From an uncultured Actinomycetes bacterium (lineage in GTDB: Bacteria; Actinomycetota; Thermoleophilia; UBA2241): a stretch of 64,000 nt of DNA. Each line of letters opens with the position of its first letter. Position 1 is the stretch's first letter. The notes beneath the pieces are model-generated. The model made no database searches. It had not been told where the DNA came from and saw only the letters and a program-made list of their open reading frames with translations. Both the position numbers and the translations under genes were made by a program. The stretch covers positions 320,001-384,000 of the forward strand of contig CAVRZA010000002.1 in assembly GCA_963725665.1 (NCBI GenBank), written 5' to 3'. Positions 1-8,835 of the stretch are shown one piece after another.

Positions 1-886
1 TCATCATGCTGTTCTCGAGGCAGCCGATGGAGAACGTGGTCCACCGCATGTCGAGGATGCCGGAGCCGAAGCAGAAGATCACCTTCGTGCCCGGAACGGC
101 GACCTGCAGCATGGTCATGATGGCCAGGAACTCGGCCACGCCTTGCGTGACCGTGCCGGCGATGGTCACCGGTGAGGTCGCACCGGCGCTCGTCATGGAG
201 TAGACCTTGACCGGCGCGCCGCACTCCGCCATGGCGACGTGGACGTCGAGAACCTGACCGTCGACCTGGAGCGGCGAGGCCGCCGTGACCAGCGTGCTCA
301 CGCGCGGCCGCTCGCGGAAGCGCTCCAGGTCGCCGCAGAGCACCTCGAAGATGCGCTTCACGGCGTCGACGTGCGAGGGACAGTCGACGAGCGTGATGTG
401 TTTGTCGGTCTCACGCAGGATCGTGTAGTACTCGACGAGCTCGCGGCGCTCGATGGGCACGTCGGTCGCCGAGACCATCGTCCACATGAGCCCAAGCTCG
501 GGCAGCGAGTCGTTGAGCGCCGTCGCCAGGCGGACGTCTTCAAGGGTGCTGGCGCGCCGCTCGCCGGTCACGTAGTCGATGGTCTTGGCCGCACAGCCGC
601 TGGGCGTGAAACGGTAGGGCCTTCCCTCCGCCAGGACGACGTCGTGCTCGGGCGAGGCGGCGGCCATCAGGAACCCACGCGGGCAGCGCCCCAGAGCCGC
701 CCGCACGAGGTCGGGCGGAAAGCGCACCAGACCCGCGTTGAGATCGACCGTGGCGCCGGCGTCGGCGAGCAGGGGCAGGACGCGCGAGCGAGCGGCCCGG
801 AAGCCGACGCTCTCGAGGATATCGAGCGCCTCCTCGACGATCAGCCGTTTCTCGTCCTCGTTCAGCCAGGTCGTGTGGGCTCGCAT
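1..886 (-). CDS. Trimethylamine methyltransferase (MttB/MtgB) family protein, 5' part, runs off the window edge; absent from the ORF track
   Basis: Manual translation from ATG 886 (RBS GAGGAG): MRAHTTWLNEDEKRLIVEEALDILESVG...TAASPLQVD...AGATSPVTIAGTVTQGVAEFLA...ILDMRWTTFSIGCLE; the SPL and AGATSPVT motifs are typical of MttB; the Pyl-equivalent position lies outside the window. Confidence 0.85.
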   Translation of the reverse strand, partial: MRAHTTWLNEDEKRLIVEEALDILESVGFRAARSRVLPLLADAGATVDLNAGLVRFPPDLVRAALGRCPRGFLMAAASPEHDVVLAEGRPYRFTPSGCAAKTIDYVTGERRASTLEDVRLATALNDSLPELGLMWTMVSATDVPIERRELVEYYTILRETDKHITLVDCPSHVDAVKRIFEVLCGDLERFRERPRVSTLVTAASPLQVDGQVLDVHVAMAECGAPVKVYSMTSAGATSPVTIAGTVTQGVAEFLAIMTMLQVAVPGTKVIFCFGSGILDMRWTTFSIGCLENSMM

Positions 887-1014
887 CTCACTCCTCGTCG
901 GGTCCTCGATCGTCCTCGGTCTGGCTCGGCGGCGGCGGTCCTTGGTCCGGCTCGCGGCGCCGGTTCGTGCTCCGCGGGCCCCGCACCGGACCGCCGGGCG
1001 GGGCCGTTACCGCC

Positions 1015-2070
1015 TCACACGCCGAAGCGGAGTCGGAACGCCCTCACGAGTCCCCAGCAGCCCGTCATCATCATGTCGCCCATGGGCGCCGGGAAGCTCA
1101 CGTCGAGGTCGCTGCCTGCGAGCAGCGAGCGATGGGGTCCGGTGACGAAGATGGGGAGGCCGGCGGGCACGGGGCCGCTCAAGGCGGCCCCGTGCCCGCC
1201 GGCCTCCCGCACCTCGTCGCTCGTCAGCTCACCCGCCAAGAAGCGCGCCAGCCAGCGTTCGAGGGAGGCGCGATCGAGCGCCGAAGTGTGGTGCTCGAAG
1301 ACCCCCGCGAGGCGCCCGCTGAGCGCCACCACGCAGACGGTGTGTCCGTTGCCGACGTTCACGAGGATGGCGTCGTCGACGCCCTCCTCCAGAGCCCCGT
1401 AGAGGGCGGCCGGGCCGGTGTCGGCGGCCATCACGCGAGGGACGCCGGCCAACCCGCCGGCCGCCGCCTGCATGCGCGTGAGCTCGCCGGGGATCTCGTC
1501 GACCGTGTAGAAGAGTGCCTGGATGGCGCGGCGCTCGGCGAGAGCGCGCTCCCAGAGGTCGAAGCGAAAGGCGCGGTTGGAGCTGTGCGGGTTGAATCCA
1601 TGGTCCTGGACGGCGACGGCGGCGCCGGAGAAGGCGGGCTCGACGCCGAGCTCAGCCAGGGCGGCCAGGAGGGTGGGGAGGTCGACATCGCCGGAGCGCA
1701 CGGCGTGAGCTCCGGCGAGCACCGCGTGCCGCGCCTCGTCCTCGCTCACCACGTGCACGCCGCGGCCGCGCACGAGCTCGACGTTGTCGGCGAAGGTGAG
1801 CGCGGCCTCTGGAGTGGCGAGGAACGTGAAGCCGGCGGCCAGATGATCGCGCATCGCCTTCGTTGAGGCGCCGCCGCCCATCACCGGCCCGCTGAAGGCC
1901 ACGGTCTTGCCGGCGGCCGTGGCCGCCCTGATCTGACCCGCGACGACCTGAGTGCGCGAGGGGACGACGAGCTTGACCGAGCTCTCGGCCGGCATGTGGG
2001 GCTCGAGGATCAGCACGTCGGCGGTGCCGAGCCCCACGTCGATGGCCAGGATGCGCTCGCGAACGTCCAT
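1015..2070 (-). CDS. DUF1786-family protein (actin-like/ASKHA-type N-terminal motif)
   Basis: ILAIDVGLGTADV, AVAVQDHG, NVGNGHT, FEHHT, GGHGA and APMGDMMMTGCWG motifs; -10 TAGAAT 6 nt before ATG 2070 suggests a leaderless mRNA. Confidence 0.7.
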   Translation of the reverse strand: MDVRERILAIDVGLGTADVLILEPHMPAESSVKLVVPSRTQVVAGQIRAATAAGKTVAFSGPVMGGGASTKAMRDHLAAGFTFLATPEAALTFADNVELVRGRGVHVVSEDEARHAVLAGAHAVRSGDVDLPTLLAALAELGVEPAFSGAAVAVQDHGFNPHSSNRAFRFDLWERALAERRAIQALFYTVDEIPGELTRMQAAAGGLAGVPRVMAADTGPAALYGALEEGVDDAILVNVGNGHTVCVVALSGRLAGVFEHHTSALDRASLERWLARFLAGELTSDEVREAGGHGAALSGPVPAGLPIFVTGPHRSLLAGSDLDVSFPAPMGDMMMTGCWGLVRAFRLRFGV

Positions 2071-2134
2071 GACCACATTCTAAGCCCCGGCGGCTCCGGC
2101 GACCCAGCCGATCGTCGCAGGAGACTCGCCGCCT

Positions 2135-2863
2135 CTAGACTCTCCTGGCCGGCGGCGGACTGAGGCGCAGCCGCCACACGTTCACCATCGCCTCGAGCAT
2201 GATGTTGCCGGACATCTTCGAGCTGCCGACCGCCCGGTCGACGAAGATGATGGGTACTTCCTCGATGCGAAAACCGAGCTGCCAGGCTCGGTAGGTCATC
2301 TCGATCTGGAACCCGTAGCCGCTGCTCTGGATGTCATCCAGGTCGATCGTCTCGAGCACCTCGCGCCGGAAGCACTTGAAGCCGCCTGTGACGTCGTCTA
2401 CGGGCAGGCCGAGGATCGTGCGCGCGTAGAGGCAGCCGCCGCGGCTGATGAAACGGCGCGCAAGGCCCCAGTTCTCCACGCCCCCTCCCGCGACGTAGCG
2501 CGACCCGAGCACGAGGTCGGCTCCCTGATCGATGCGGCGCAGGAAGTCCGGCAGGTAGGCGGCGTCGTGCGACAGGTCGGCGTCCATCTCGAAGAGGATC
2601 TCCGCCCCCCGTGCGAGAGCGTGCTTGAACCCCGCGATGTACGCCCTGCCGAGGCCCTCCTTACGCTGCCTGTGCAGGACCTCGACGTCGGGCATCTCGC
2701 GCGCAAGCCGGTCGGCGAGCTCGCCGGTGCCGTCGGGTGAGCCGTCGTCTACGATGAGGGTGTGCAAAGGCAGCCTGTGGCCGTCCGCGACCTTCCGGAT
2801 GCGCCGCAGAGCGTGCGGCAGGTTCTCGAGTTCGTTGTACGTAGGCAGGACGATGGTGTTCAT
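2135..2863 (-). CDS. Polyprenol monophosphomannose synthase (GT2, Ppm1/DPM1-like)
   Basis: PTYNELENL, VDDGSPDGTG, EMDADLSH, GSRYVAGG, FQIEM motifs. Confidence 0.9.
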   Translation of the reverse strand: MNTIVLPTYNELENLPHALRRIRKVADGHRLPLHTLIVDDGSPDGTGELADRLAREMPDVEVLHRQRKEGLGRAYIAGFKHALARGAEILFEMDADLSHDAAYLPDFLRRIDQGADLVLGSRYVAGGGVENWGLARRFISRGGCLYARTILGLPVDDVTGGFKCFRREVLETIDLDDIQSSGYGFQIEMTYRAWQLGFRIEEVPIIFVDRAVGSSKMSGNIMLEAMVNVWRLRLSPPPARRV

Positions 2864-2997
2864 GACCGTGGGGGAGTATACCTCCGGCCGTCGCGTCCTT
2901 ACCCTCGCCGCTGTTCGGAGCAGAGTCTAACCTTCAAGTCGAGGTTGAGTCTTCGCAGCCTGAGCGCGGCAGGAGGAATCCTTGCGGTCGCGCCCAA

Positions 2998-3045
2998 TAG
3001 GAAGATATTGTTGCTGCCTTGGCTTTGAGGCACAATATGTAGTGG
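2998..3045 (+). promoter_or_regulatory. Tandem NrdR boxes
   Basis: GCACAATATGTAGTGG (3030-3045) matches the NrdR-box consensus; weaker copy TAGGAAGATATTGTTG (2998-3013) lies 32 bp upstream; both directly precede nrdR-nrdJ. Confidence 0.75.
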
Positions 3046-3057
3046 AGAGTCGGAAGT

Positions 3058-3501
3058 ATGCGCTGTCCCTTCTGCGGCACTGAAGAGAGCAAGGTCGTCG
3101 ACTCGCGCGACTCGGAATCGGGCGATTCGATCCGACGGCGACGGGAGTGCCTGCATTGCGGCCGGCGCTACACGACCTATGAGCGGGTCGAGGAGACGCC
3201 GCTCCTGGTGATCAAACGCAACGGTCGCGAAGAGGTCTTCACGCGAGCCAAGCTGTTGAACGGCCTGCTGCGAGCGTGCGAGAAGCGGGGCATCCCCCTA
3301 GCGCGTATCGAGCTCATCGCCGACGAGATCGAGGGTGAGTTGCGGCGCGAGTCGGTGCAGCGCGTCGCCTCCGTCGAGATCGGCGAGCGCGCGCTGCGTC
3401 ATCTAAGAGAGCTCGACAAGGTGGCTTACATTCGCTTCGCGTCGGTGTACCGGCAGTTCGAGGACATCGATGAGTTCCAGGATGAGCTCGCCAGGTTGTG
3501 A
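3058..3501 (+). CDS. nrdR: Transcriptional repressor NrdR
   Basis: MRCPFCG...SKVVDSR...IRRRRECLHCGRRYTTYE zinc ribbon plus ATP cone, AYIRFASVYR. Confidence 0.97.
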   Translation: MRCPFCGTEESKVVDSRDSESGDSIRRRRECLHCGRRYTTYERVEETPLLVIKRNGREEVFTRAKLLNGLLRACEKRGIPLARIELIADEIEGELRRESVQRVASVEIGERALRHLRELDKVAYIRFASVYRQFEDIDEFQDELARL

Positions 3502-3642
3502 GAGGGCGAGCCGGGGTGACGGCCGGCGGGGCCGGCCGTCACCCCGGCTCGCTAGACTGAGCCTCCCTCGGGGGCAGAGGGATGAGACGAGAGACGGGAC
3601 CGTTTCTGGCGGTCGAACGACGGCAGTGAGGGGCTGGCAACG

Positions 3643-5877
3643 ATGCACGAGGTGATAGAACTCTCCGCCAACGCGCTCAAGGTGCTGCAGCGGCGATACC
3701 TCAAGAAGGGCGAGAACGGGGAGCTTCTCGAGACGCCCGAAGAGATGTTCCGACGCGTGGCGAAGACGGTGGCCGGGTCCGAACGACTGCACAACCCCGC
3801 GGCTCCGGTCGGCGAGTGGGAGCAGACCTTCTACGACCTCATGACGTCTCTCGAGTTCCTGCCCAACAGCCCCACCCTCATGAACGCCGGCCGCGAGCTA
3901 GGACAGCTCTCGGCCTGCTTCGTCCTGCCCGTCGAGGACTCGATGGACTCCATCTTCGAGGCCATCAAGCACACCGCCCTCATCCACAAGAGCGGTGGCG
4001 GCACGGGCTTCTCGTTCTCGCGCGTGCGTCCCCACAACGACGTCGTGCTCTCCACGAAGGGCATCTCCTCGGGGCCGCTCTCGTTCATGAGCGTGTTCGA
4101 CGCCGCCACCGAGACGATCAAGCAGGGCGGCACGCGGCGCGGCGCCAACATGGGCATCCTGCGTGTCGACCATCCCGACATCCTCGACTTCATCACGGCC
4201 AAGCAAGACGAGGACAGACTGAACAACTTCAACATCTCGGTCGCCGTCACCGACGACTTCATGCGCGCCGTCGAGGCCGACGAGGAGTACCCGCTCGTCA
4301 ACCCGCGCAGTGGCGAGGTCGTGAAGAAGCTCAAGGCGCGCAAGGTGTTCCGGTCGATGGTGACGCTGGCGTGGAAGCACGGCGACCCCGGCATCGTCTT
4401 CATCGACCGCATCAACGAAGACAACCCCACGCCGCAGCTCGGCGCCATCGAGAGCACCAATCCCTGCGGCGAGCAGCCGCTGCTGCCCTACGAGTCGTGC
4501 AACCTCGGGTCGGTCAACCTGGCGAAGGTCGGCGAAGACGGCCACATCGACTACGCGAAGCTGGGACGCATCGTGCAGACCGCGGTGCGCTTCCTCGACG
4601 ACGTGATCGACGCCAACCAGTACCCGCTGCCGCAGATCGAGGCGATGACCAAGGGCAACCGCAAGGTGGGTCTGGGCGTCATGGGCTTCGCCGACCTGCT
4701 CCTGTACCTCAGCGTCCCCTACGACTCCGACGAGGCGGCGCAGATCGCCGGCGACGTGATGCGCTTCATCCAGACCGAGGCGCAGAAGGCCTCCCAGGAG
4801 CTGGCCGAGGAGCGCGGGGTGTTCCCCAACTTCAAGGGGTCGGTGTTCGATCGCCCCGACGGCCCGCGCATGCGCAACGCGACCGTGACGACCATCGCGC
4901 CCACCGGCACCATCTCGATCATCGCCGGTTGCTCCAGCGGCATAGAGCCACTGTTCGCCGTCTCGTACGTGCGCGCCAACGTGCTCGACGACGAGCGCCT
5001 GGTCGAGGTGCACCCGTACTTCGAGAAGGTGGCGCGCGCCGGCGACTTCTACTCCGACGAGCTCATGAAGCGCATCGCCGACGAGGGCACCGTGCGCGGC
5101 GTCGACGAGGTGCCAGACGAGGTGCGGCGGGTCTTCGCCACGGCGCACGACATCACGCCGGAGTGGCACGTGCGCCTGCAGTCGGTCTTCCAGAAGCACA
5201 CCGACAACGCGGTCTCCAAGACGGTCAACTTCCCCCACCAGGCGACCGCCGACGACGTCGAGAAGGTCTACTTGCTGGCCTACAAGGCGGGCTGCAAGGG
5301 CGTGACCATCTACCGCGACGGCAGCCGTGCTGAGCAGGTGCTCAACGTGGGGCAGGGCAAGAAAGGCAACGGCCGCAGCCCCGTCGTCGGCATCGCCACC
5401 ACGCGCCCCTCACGTCCCAAGCTGCTGAGCGGTCAGACCGAGCGCATGGAGACAGGCTGTGGCAAGCTGTTCGTGATCATGAACGACGACGAGCTCGGGC
5501 CGCGAGAGGTCTTCGCCAACATGGGCAAGGCGGGCGGCTGCGCCTCGTCGAACACCGAGGCCCTCGGCAGGCTCATCTCGCTGGCGCTCAAGAAGGGGGC
5601 GGCTCCCGGCGAGGTCGTCGAGCAGCTCAAGGGCATCCGCTGTCACGTCCCCTACGGTCTCGGACCGAACGCCACACTGTCGTGCGCCGACGCCATCGGC
5701 AAGGCCCTCGAGCGGCGCTACATCAGCGGTGCGGCCGCGGCGGCCGCGTCCGCCCCCGAACCGCAGCTCTCGCTGGTCGAGGTGGCGCAGGGAGCATGTC
5801 CCGATTGCGGAGGAGCGATCGAGCACGAGGGAGGCTGTGTCGTCTGCCGCCTGTGCGGGTTCTCGAAATGCGGATGA
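3643..5877 (+). CDS. nrdJ: Class II (adenosylcobalamin-dependent) ribonucleotide reductase with C-terminal TSCPD-like/zinc-ribbon domain
   Basis: PNSPTLMNAG, QLSACFV, TNPCGEQPL, TIAPTGTIS, YRDGSR, terminal CPDC...CRLCGFSKC; no NrdB/NrdF or activase gene nearby. Confidence 0.93.
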   Translation: MHEVIELSANALKVLQRRYLKKGENGELLETPEEMFRRVAKTVAGSERLHNPAAPVGEWEQTFYDLMTSLEFLPNSPTLMNAGRELGQLSACFVLPVEDSMDSIFEAIKHTALIHKSGGGTGFSFSRVRPHNDVVLSTKGISSGPLSFMSVFDAATETIKQGGTRRGANMGILRVDHPDILDFITAKQDEDRLNNFNISVAVTDDFMRAVEADEEYPLVNPRSGEVVKKLKARKVFRSMVTLAWKHGDPGIVFIDRINEDNPTPQLGAIESTNPCGEQPLLPYESCNLGSVNLAKVGEDGHIDYAKLGRIVQTAVRFLDDVIDANQYPLPQIEAMTKGNRKVGLGVMGFADLLLYLSVPYDSDEAAQIAGDVMRFIQTEAQKASQELAEERGVFPNFKGSVFDRPDGPRMRNATVTTIAPTGTISIIAGCSSGIEPLFAVSYVRANVLDDERLVEVHPYFEKVARAGDFYSDELMKRIADEGTVRGVDEVPDEVRRVFATAHDITPEWHVRLQSVFQKHTDNAVSKTVNFPHQATADDVEKVYLLAYKAGCKGVTIYRDGSRAEQVLNVGQGKKGNGRSPVVGIATTRPSRPKLLSGQTERMETGCGKLFVIMNDDELGPREVFANMGKAGGCASSNTEALGRLISLALKKGAAPGEVVEQLKGIRCHVPYGLGPNATLSCADAIGKALERRYISGAAAAAASAPEPQLSLVEVAQGACPDCGGAIEHEGGCVVCRLCGFSKCG

Positions 5878-5975
5878 TGGGCCGAGACAGGCTGCGCCCG
5901 CTCGGCTCGTCCCGCGCGTTTCTCGCTGCGCTCGAAATGCGGATGATGAGCCGAGACAGGCTGCGCCGGCTCGGC
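5862..5975 (+). repeat. ~45-bp direct repeat (period 69 bp) duplicating the nrdJ 3' end
   Basis: CTCGAAATGCGGATGATGRGCCGAGACAGGCTGCGCCSGCTCGGC at 5862 and 5931. Confidence 0.85.
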
Positions 5976-6083
5976 CGGTTCTTGCATGCAGCCGTCGTCG
6001 CGGGCGTAGAGTAGCGAGCCAGGAGTCTTTGCGTGCGAGGCGGTCGGGCCGGTCCGCCCCCGCGCGTCGAAAGGAGTGACACC

Positions 6084-6491
6084 ATGGTCGACAAGCCGAA
6101 CCCCGAGGCCGAGCCCAAGAAGGGCGGCGTGACTATCGCCGACAACGTGATCTCGAAGATCGCCTACACGGCCTGTCGTGAGATCGACGGAGTTCACGCG
6201 CTCGGGGGTGCGACCTCGCGCGCTCTCTCCAGCCTCGCCTCCAGCGTGCGCGGCGGAGAGAGCCGCACGCAGGGAGTCAGCGTCGACCTGCACGATGAGG
6301 TGGTCGACATCGACGTCACGTTGGTCGTCGAGTATGGCGCCAACATCCCCCAGGTCGGCGAGGCTTGCCGCACCGCCGTCAAGGAGAAGGTGGAGGGTGT
6401 CACCGGCCTCACCGTCCGCGCCGTCAACATCGTCGTGAGCGACATCGACTTCGCGGAGGAACCACCTGGCAAGCCGGCCGGACAGGCCTAG
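6084..6491 (+). CDS. Asp23/Gls24 family envelope stress protein
   Basis: RBS AAGGAG; VTIADNVISKIA, GVSVD, VEYGANIP, TGLTVRAVNIVVSDI. Confidence 0.9.
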   Translation: MVDKPNPEAEPKKGGVTIADNVISKIAYTACREIDGVHALGGATSRALSSLASSVRGGESRTQGVSVDLHDEVVDIDVTLVVEYGANIPQVGEACRTAVKEKVEGVTGLTVRAVNIVVSDIDFAEEPPGKPAGQA

Positions 6492-6561
6492 CTCACCGCC
6501 GGCCTCACCCTCGCTGTTCGGCGTCCTGCAGTCGCTCCTCGCCGCGGGGCTGCTGCTGATT

Positions 6562-7057
6562 GTGGGCGTCCTCTCGGCGCTGGCTGCGGCGCAGCTTCTG
6601 GCCGCAGCCGCCGGTCGCCCGGTGTCCCCCTGGGACCATCTGCCGCTGCCCGCGACGGCAGGCGGCTGGATCGTGCCGCTGGCCGTCGCGGGCGGGGCGC
6701 TCGTGCTGCTCATCGTCGTTGAGCTCCAGCGCAGCGAGCAGATCGTGGCCGTCAGCGTGAGCGGGACGGGCGCGGTGCTGGTGCCCGCGGACACGCTCGA
6801 GCGCCTCGTCGAAGGGGTCGCGCTCGATCACCGCGAGGTCGTGCGTGCGCGAGCCCGAGTCCAGTCGCGCGAGGGGCGCCTCGCGCCTCGGCTCTGGGTC
6901 GCCCTGCGGCCGCTCGCCGACACGGCAGAGCATCACCGGCGAGCTCGCTAGTGAGGTGGTGGCGACGCTGGCGTCGCGCACCGGGCTGCCCCTCGATGAG
7001 CCCCGCGTGCGAGCGAAGACTCTGGCCGTGCGCCAACTGCGGCGGTACCTGCCGTGA
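6562..7057 (+). CDS. Membrane protein of the Asp23 operon (AmaP-like), frameshifted near 6928; start uncertain and may extend to ~6466
   Basis: Hydrophobic N-terminus; ...RPLADTA continues in another frame as SITGELASEVVATLASRTGL...RRYLP*, whose stop overlaps the next GTG. Confidence 0.6.
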
Positions 7058-7593
7058 GAGGCTGGGTGCGCACGGCCACGATCGTCATTGCGCTGGCGGC
7101 GTTCGTTCTCGTCGTCGCCTTCTTCGTGCGCGCGGTGGTGCTGACGGTGTCGAGCCTCACGTGGGACCTGCCCGGCTGGCTTGCGGGTCTGCCCGCGGAT
7201 CAAGGAAGGGCGAGCGCGGCGGCGGGCGTGGCCGCCGCCGCGCTCGCCCTTCTTTGCCTGGTCCTCGTCTGGCGCCTCGCCACCTTCGGCGGCCAGGGGC
7301 GCGGCGACGTGCTCGTGGGCGCGGGCGAGCATGCCATCGTCGTGCGCGCGGCTGCGCTAGAGCACCTGCTGGCCGCGGCCATCGGCCGCGATGTGGCGGA
7401 GCTGCGCGAGGTGCGCGTGCGGCTGCGGCGCGAAGAGGCGGGTTTCGGCGTGGCGGTGGCCGGCGTGGTCGGCCCCGGCGATCTGGTGGGCGTGCACGAC
7501 CGCGTGCGTGAGGTGAGTCGACGCGAGCTCGAGCGGGCGGCCGGTCTGGAGGTCGTCACGGTCGACCTTGACGTGGACGGGTTCAGCCGCTGA
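7054..7593 (+). CDS. Membrane protein with Asp23-like C-terminal region (AmaP-like)
   Basis: Two TM segments, C-terminal AAGLEVVTVDLDV; GTGA overlap with the previous gene. Confidence 0.65.
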   Translation: MRGWVRTATIVIALAAFVLVVAFFVRAVVLTVSSLTWDLPGWLAGLPADQGRASAAAGVAAAALALLCLVLVWRLATFGGQGRGDVLVGAGEHAIVVRAAALEHLLAAAIGRDVAELREVRVRLRREEAGFGVAVAGVVGPGDLVGVHDRVREVSRRELERAAGLEVVTVDLDVDGFSR

Positions 7594-7616
7594 ACTCGAG
7601 GTCGGAGAGGAGACGG

Positions 7617-7796
7617 ATGAGGATCAAGTACGTCGGCCTGATCGTTGGCCTTGTCGTGGGCATCGTCTGGATGTGGCTCGGGCTCCCAAAGCTCGCCGTC
7701 GTCCTCGTGTGCGGGGTGATCGGCTACGTGATCGGCCGCATCCTCGAGGGCGAGCTCGACGTGCAGCGCTTCATCGACGATCTGCGGCGGCGGTAG
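7617..7796 (+). CDS. Small integral membrane protein (DUF2273-like), 59 aa, absent from the ORF track
   Basis: RBS GAGGAG; MRIKYVGLIVGLVVGIVWMWLGLPKLAVVLVCGVIGYVIGRILEGELDVQRFIDDLRRR; typical last gene of Asp23 operons. Confidence 0.75.
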   Translation: MRIKYVGLIVGLVVGIVWMWLGLPKLAVVLVCGVIGYVIGRILEGELDVQRFIDDLRRR

Positions 7797-7861
7797 GCGG
7801 GCCTGGTCGGACGCCAGCGGCGTGGCGACCGCGCGAGAGACGGGGACGAGAATGAGGGCAA

Positions 7862-7891
7862 AAAAAGACCTGATTGTCATCAGGTCTTTTT
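7862..7891. terminator. Bidirectional intrinsic terminator
   Basis: AAAAAGACCTGAT-tgtc-ATCAGGTCTTTTT perfect stem with A/T tracts at both ends. Confidence 0.85.
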
Positions 7892-7968
7892 GAGAAGCGG
7901 ATGTGCCGTACACCCTGCCTTCTCCTGAGGCGGAGTCTACCCGTCCACAGCGCACGAGGCAACCGTTG

Positions 7969-8790
7969 ATGTCTCACCGCGGGGTGACGCTCTTCCATCC
8001 CGACCTCGTGGCCTGCGATCTCGACGGCACCTTGCTGTCCCCCGAGCTCGAGCTCGCGCCCGCGACGGTCGCCGGCGTGGCCCATCTGCGGGCGGCGGGC
8101 GTGACCTTCGTCATCTGCACCGGCCGTATGTTGCAGAGCGCCCGGCCGATGGCTGCTAGGCTGGGGATCGACGGCGGGCTCATCGTCTGCTACCAGGGGG
8201 CGCTGGTCGCCGACCTCGGCAGCGGTGAGTGGCTGCTGCACCGGCCGGTGTCGCGGGAGGTGGCGGCCGATGTCGTGCGCCACGCGCGCGACATCGGCCG
8301 CCACCTCAACGTGTACGTCGACGACCAGCTCTACGTCGAGGAGCTCGACGAGTGGGCGCGGCGCTACGCGGAGTACGCCGAGGTCGACATCAACGCGGTC
8401 GACGATCTGCTGCAGGTCGTGACGCGGCGGTCGCCCACGAAGCTCGTGATGACCACCGAGCCCGACGATGCCGAGGCGCTGACCCCCGAGTTGCAGCGCC
8501 GCTGGCAGGGGCGCCTGGTCGTGACCCGGTCGCAGCTCCCCTACATCGAGATCACCGACGTCGACGCGACCAAGAGCCGCGCCCTCGAGTTCCTCTGCGC
8601 GCGCCTCGGCCTGCGTCGCGAGCGCGCGGTCGCCTGCGGCGACGGCCTCAACGACATCGACATGCTGCGCTGGGCGGGGCTGGGCGTGGCGATGGCGCAG
8701 GCTGCGCCGGCGGTGCTCGAGGCTGCGGACCTCGTCGTCGGCCAAGACGAGCTGGGAGGGCTGTTCGAGCGGCTGGCGGCGGCGCCGTAG
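7969..8790 (+). CDS. Cof-type HAD-IIB hydrolase
   Basis: DLDGTLL, CTGR, K, GDGLNDIDM motifs. Confidence 0.9.
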   Translation: MSHRGVTLFHPDLVACDLDGTLLSPELELAPATVAGVAHLRAAGVTFVICTGRMLQSARPMAARLGIDGGLIVCYQGALVADLGSGEWLLHRPVSREVAADVVRHARDIGRHLNVYVDDQLYVEELDEWARRYAEYAEVDINAVDDLLQVVTRRSPTKLVMTTEPDDAEALTPELQRRWQGRLVVTRSQLPYIEITDVDATKSRALEFLCARLGLRRERAVACGDGLNDIDMLRWAGLGVAMAQAAPAVLEAADLVVGQDELGGLFERLAAAP

Positions 8791-8835
8791 CGCCGCCGCC
8801 AGCCGCTCACTGCGTGCGGGAGCGCTGCCCCGCCG

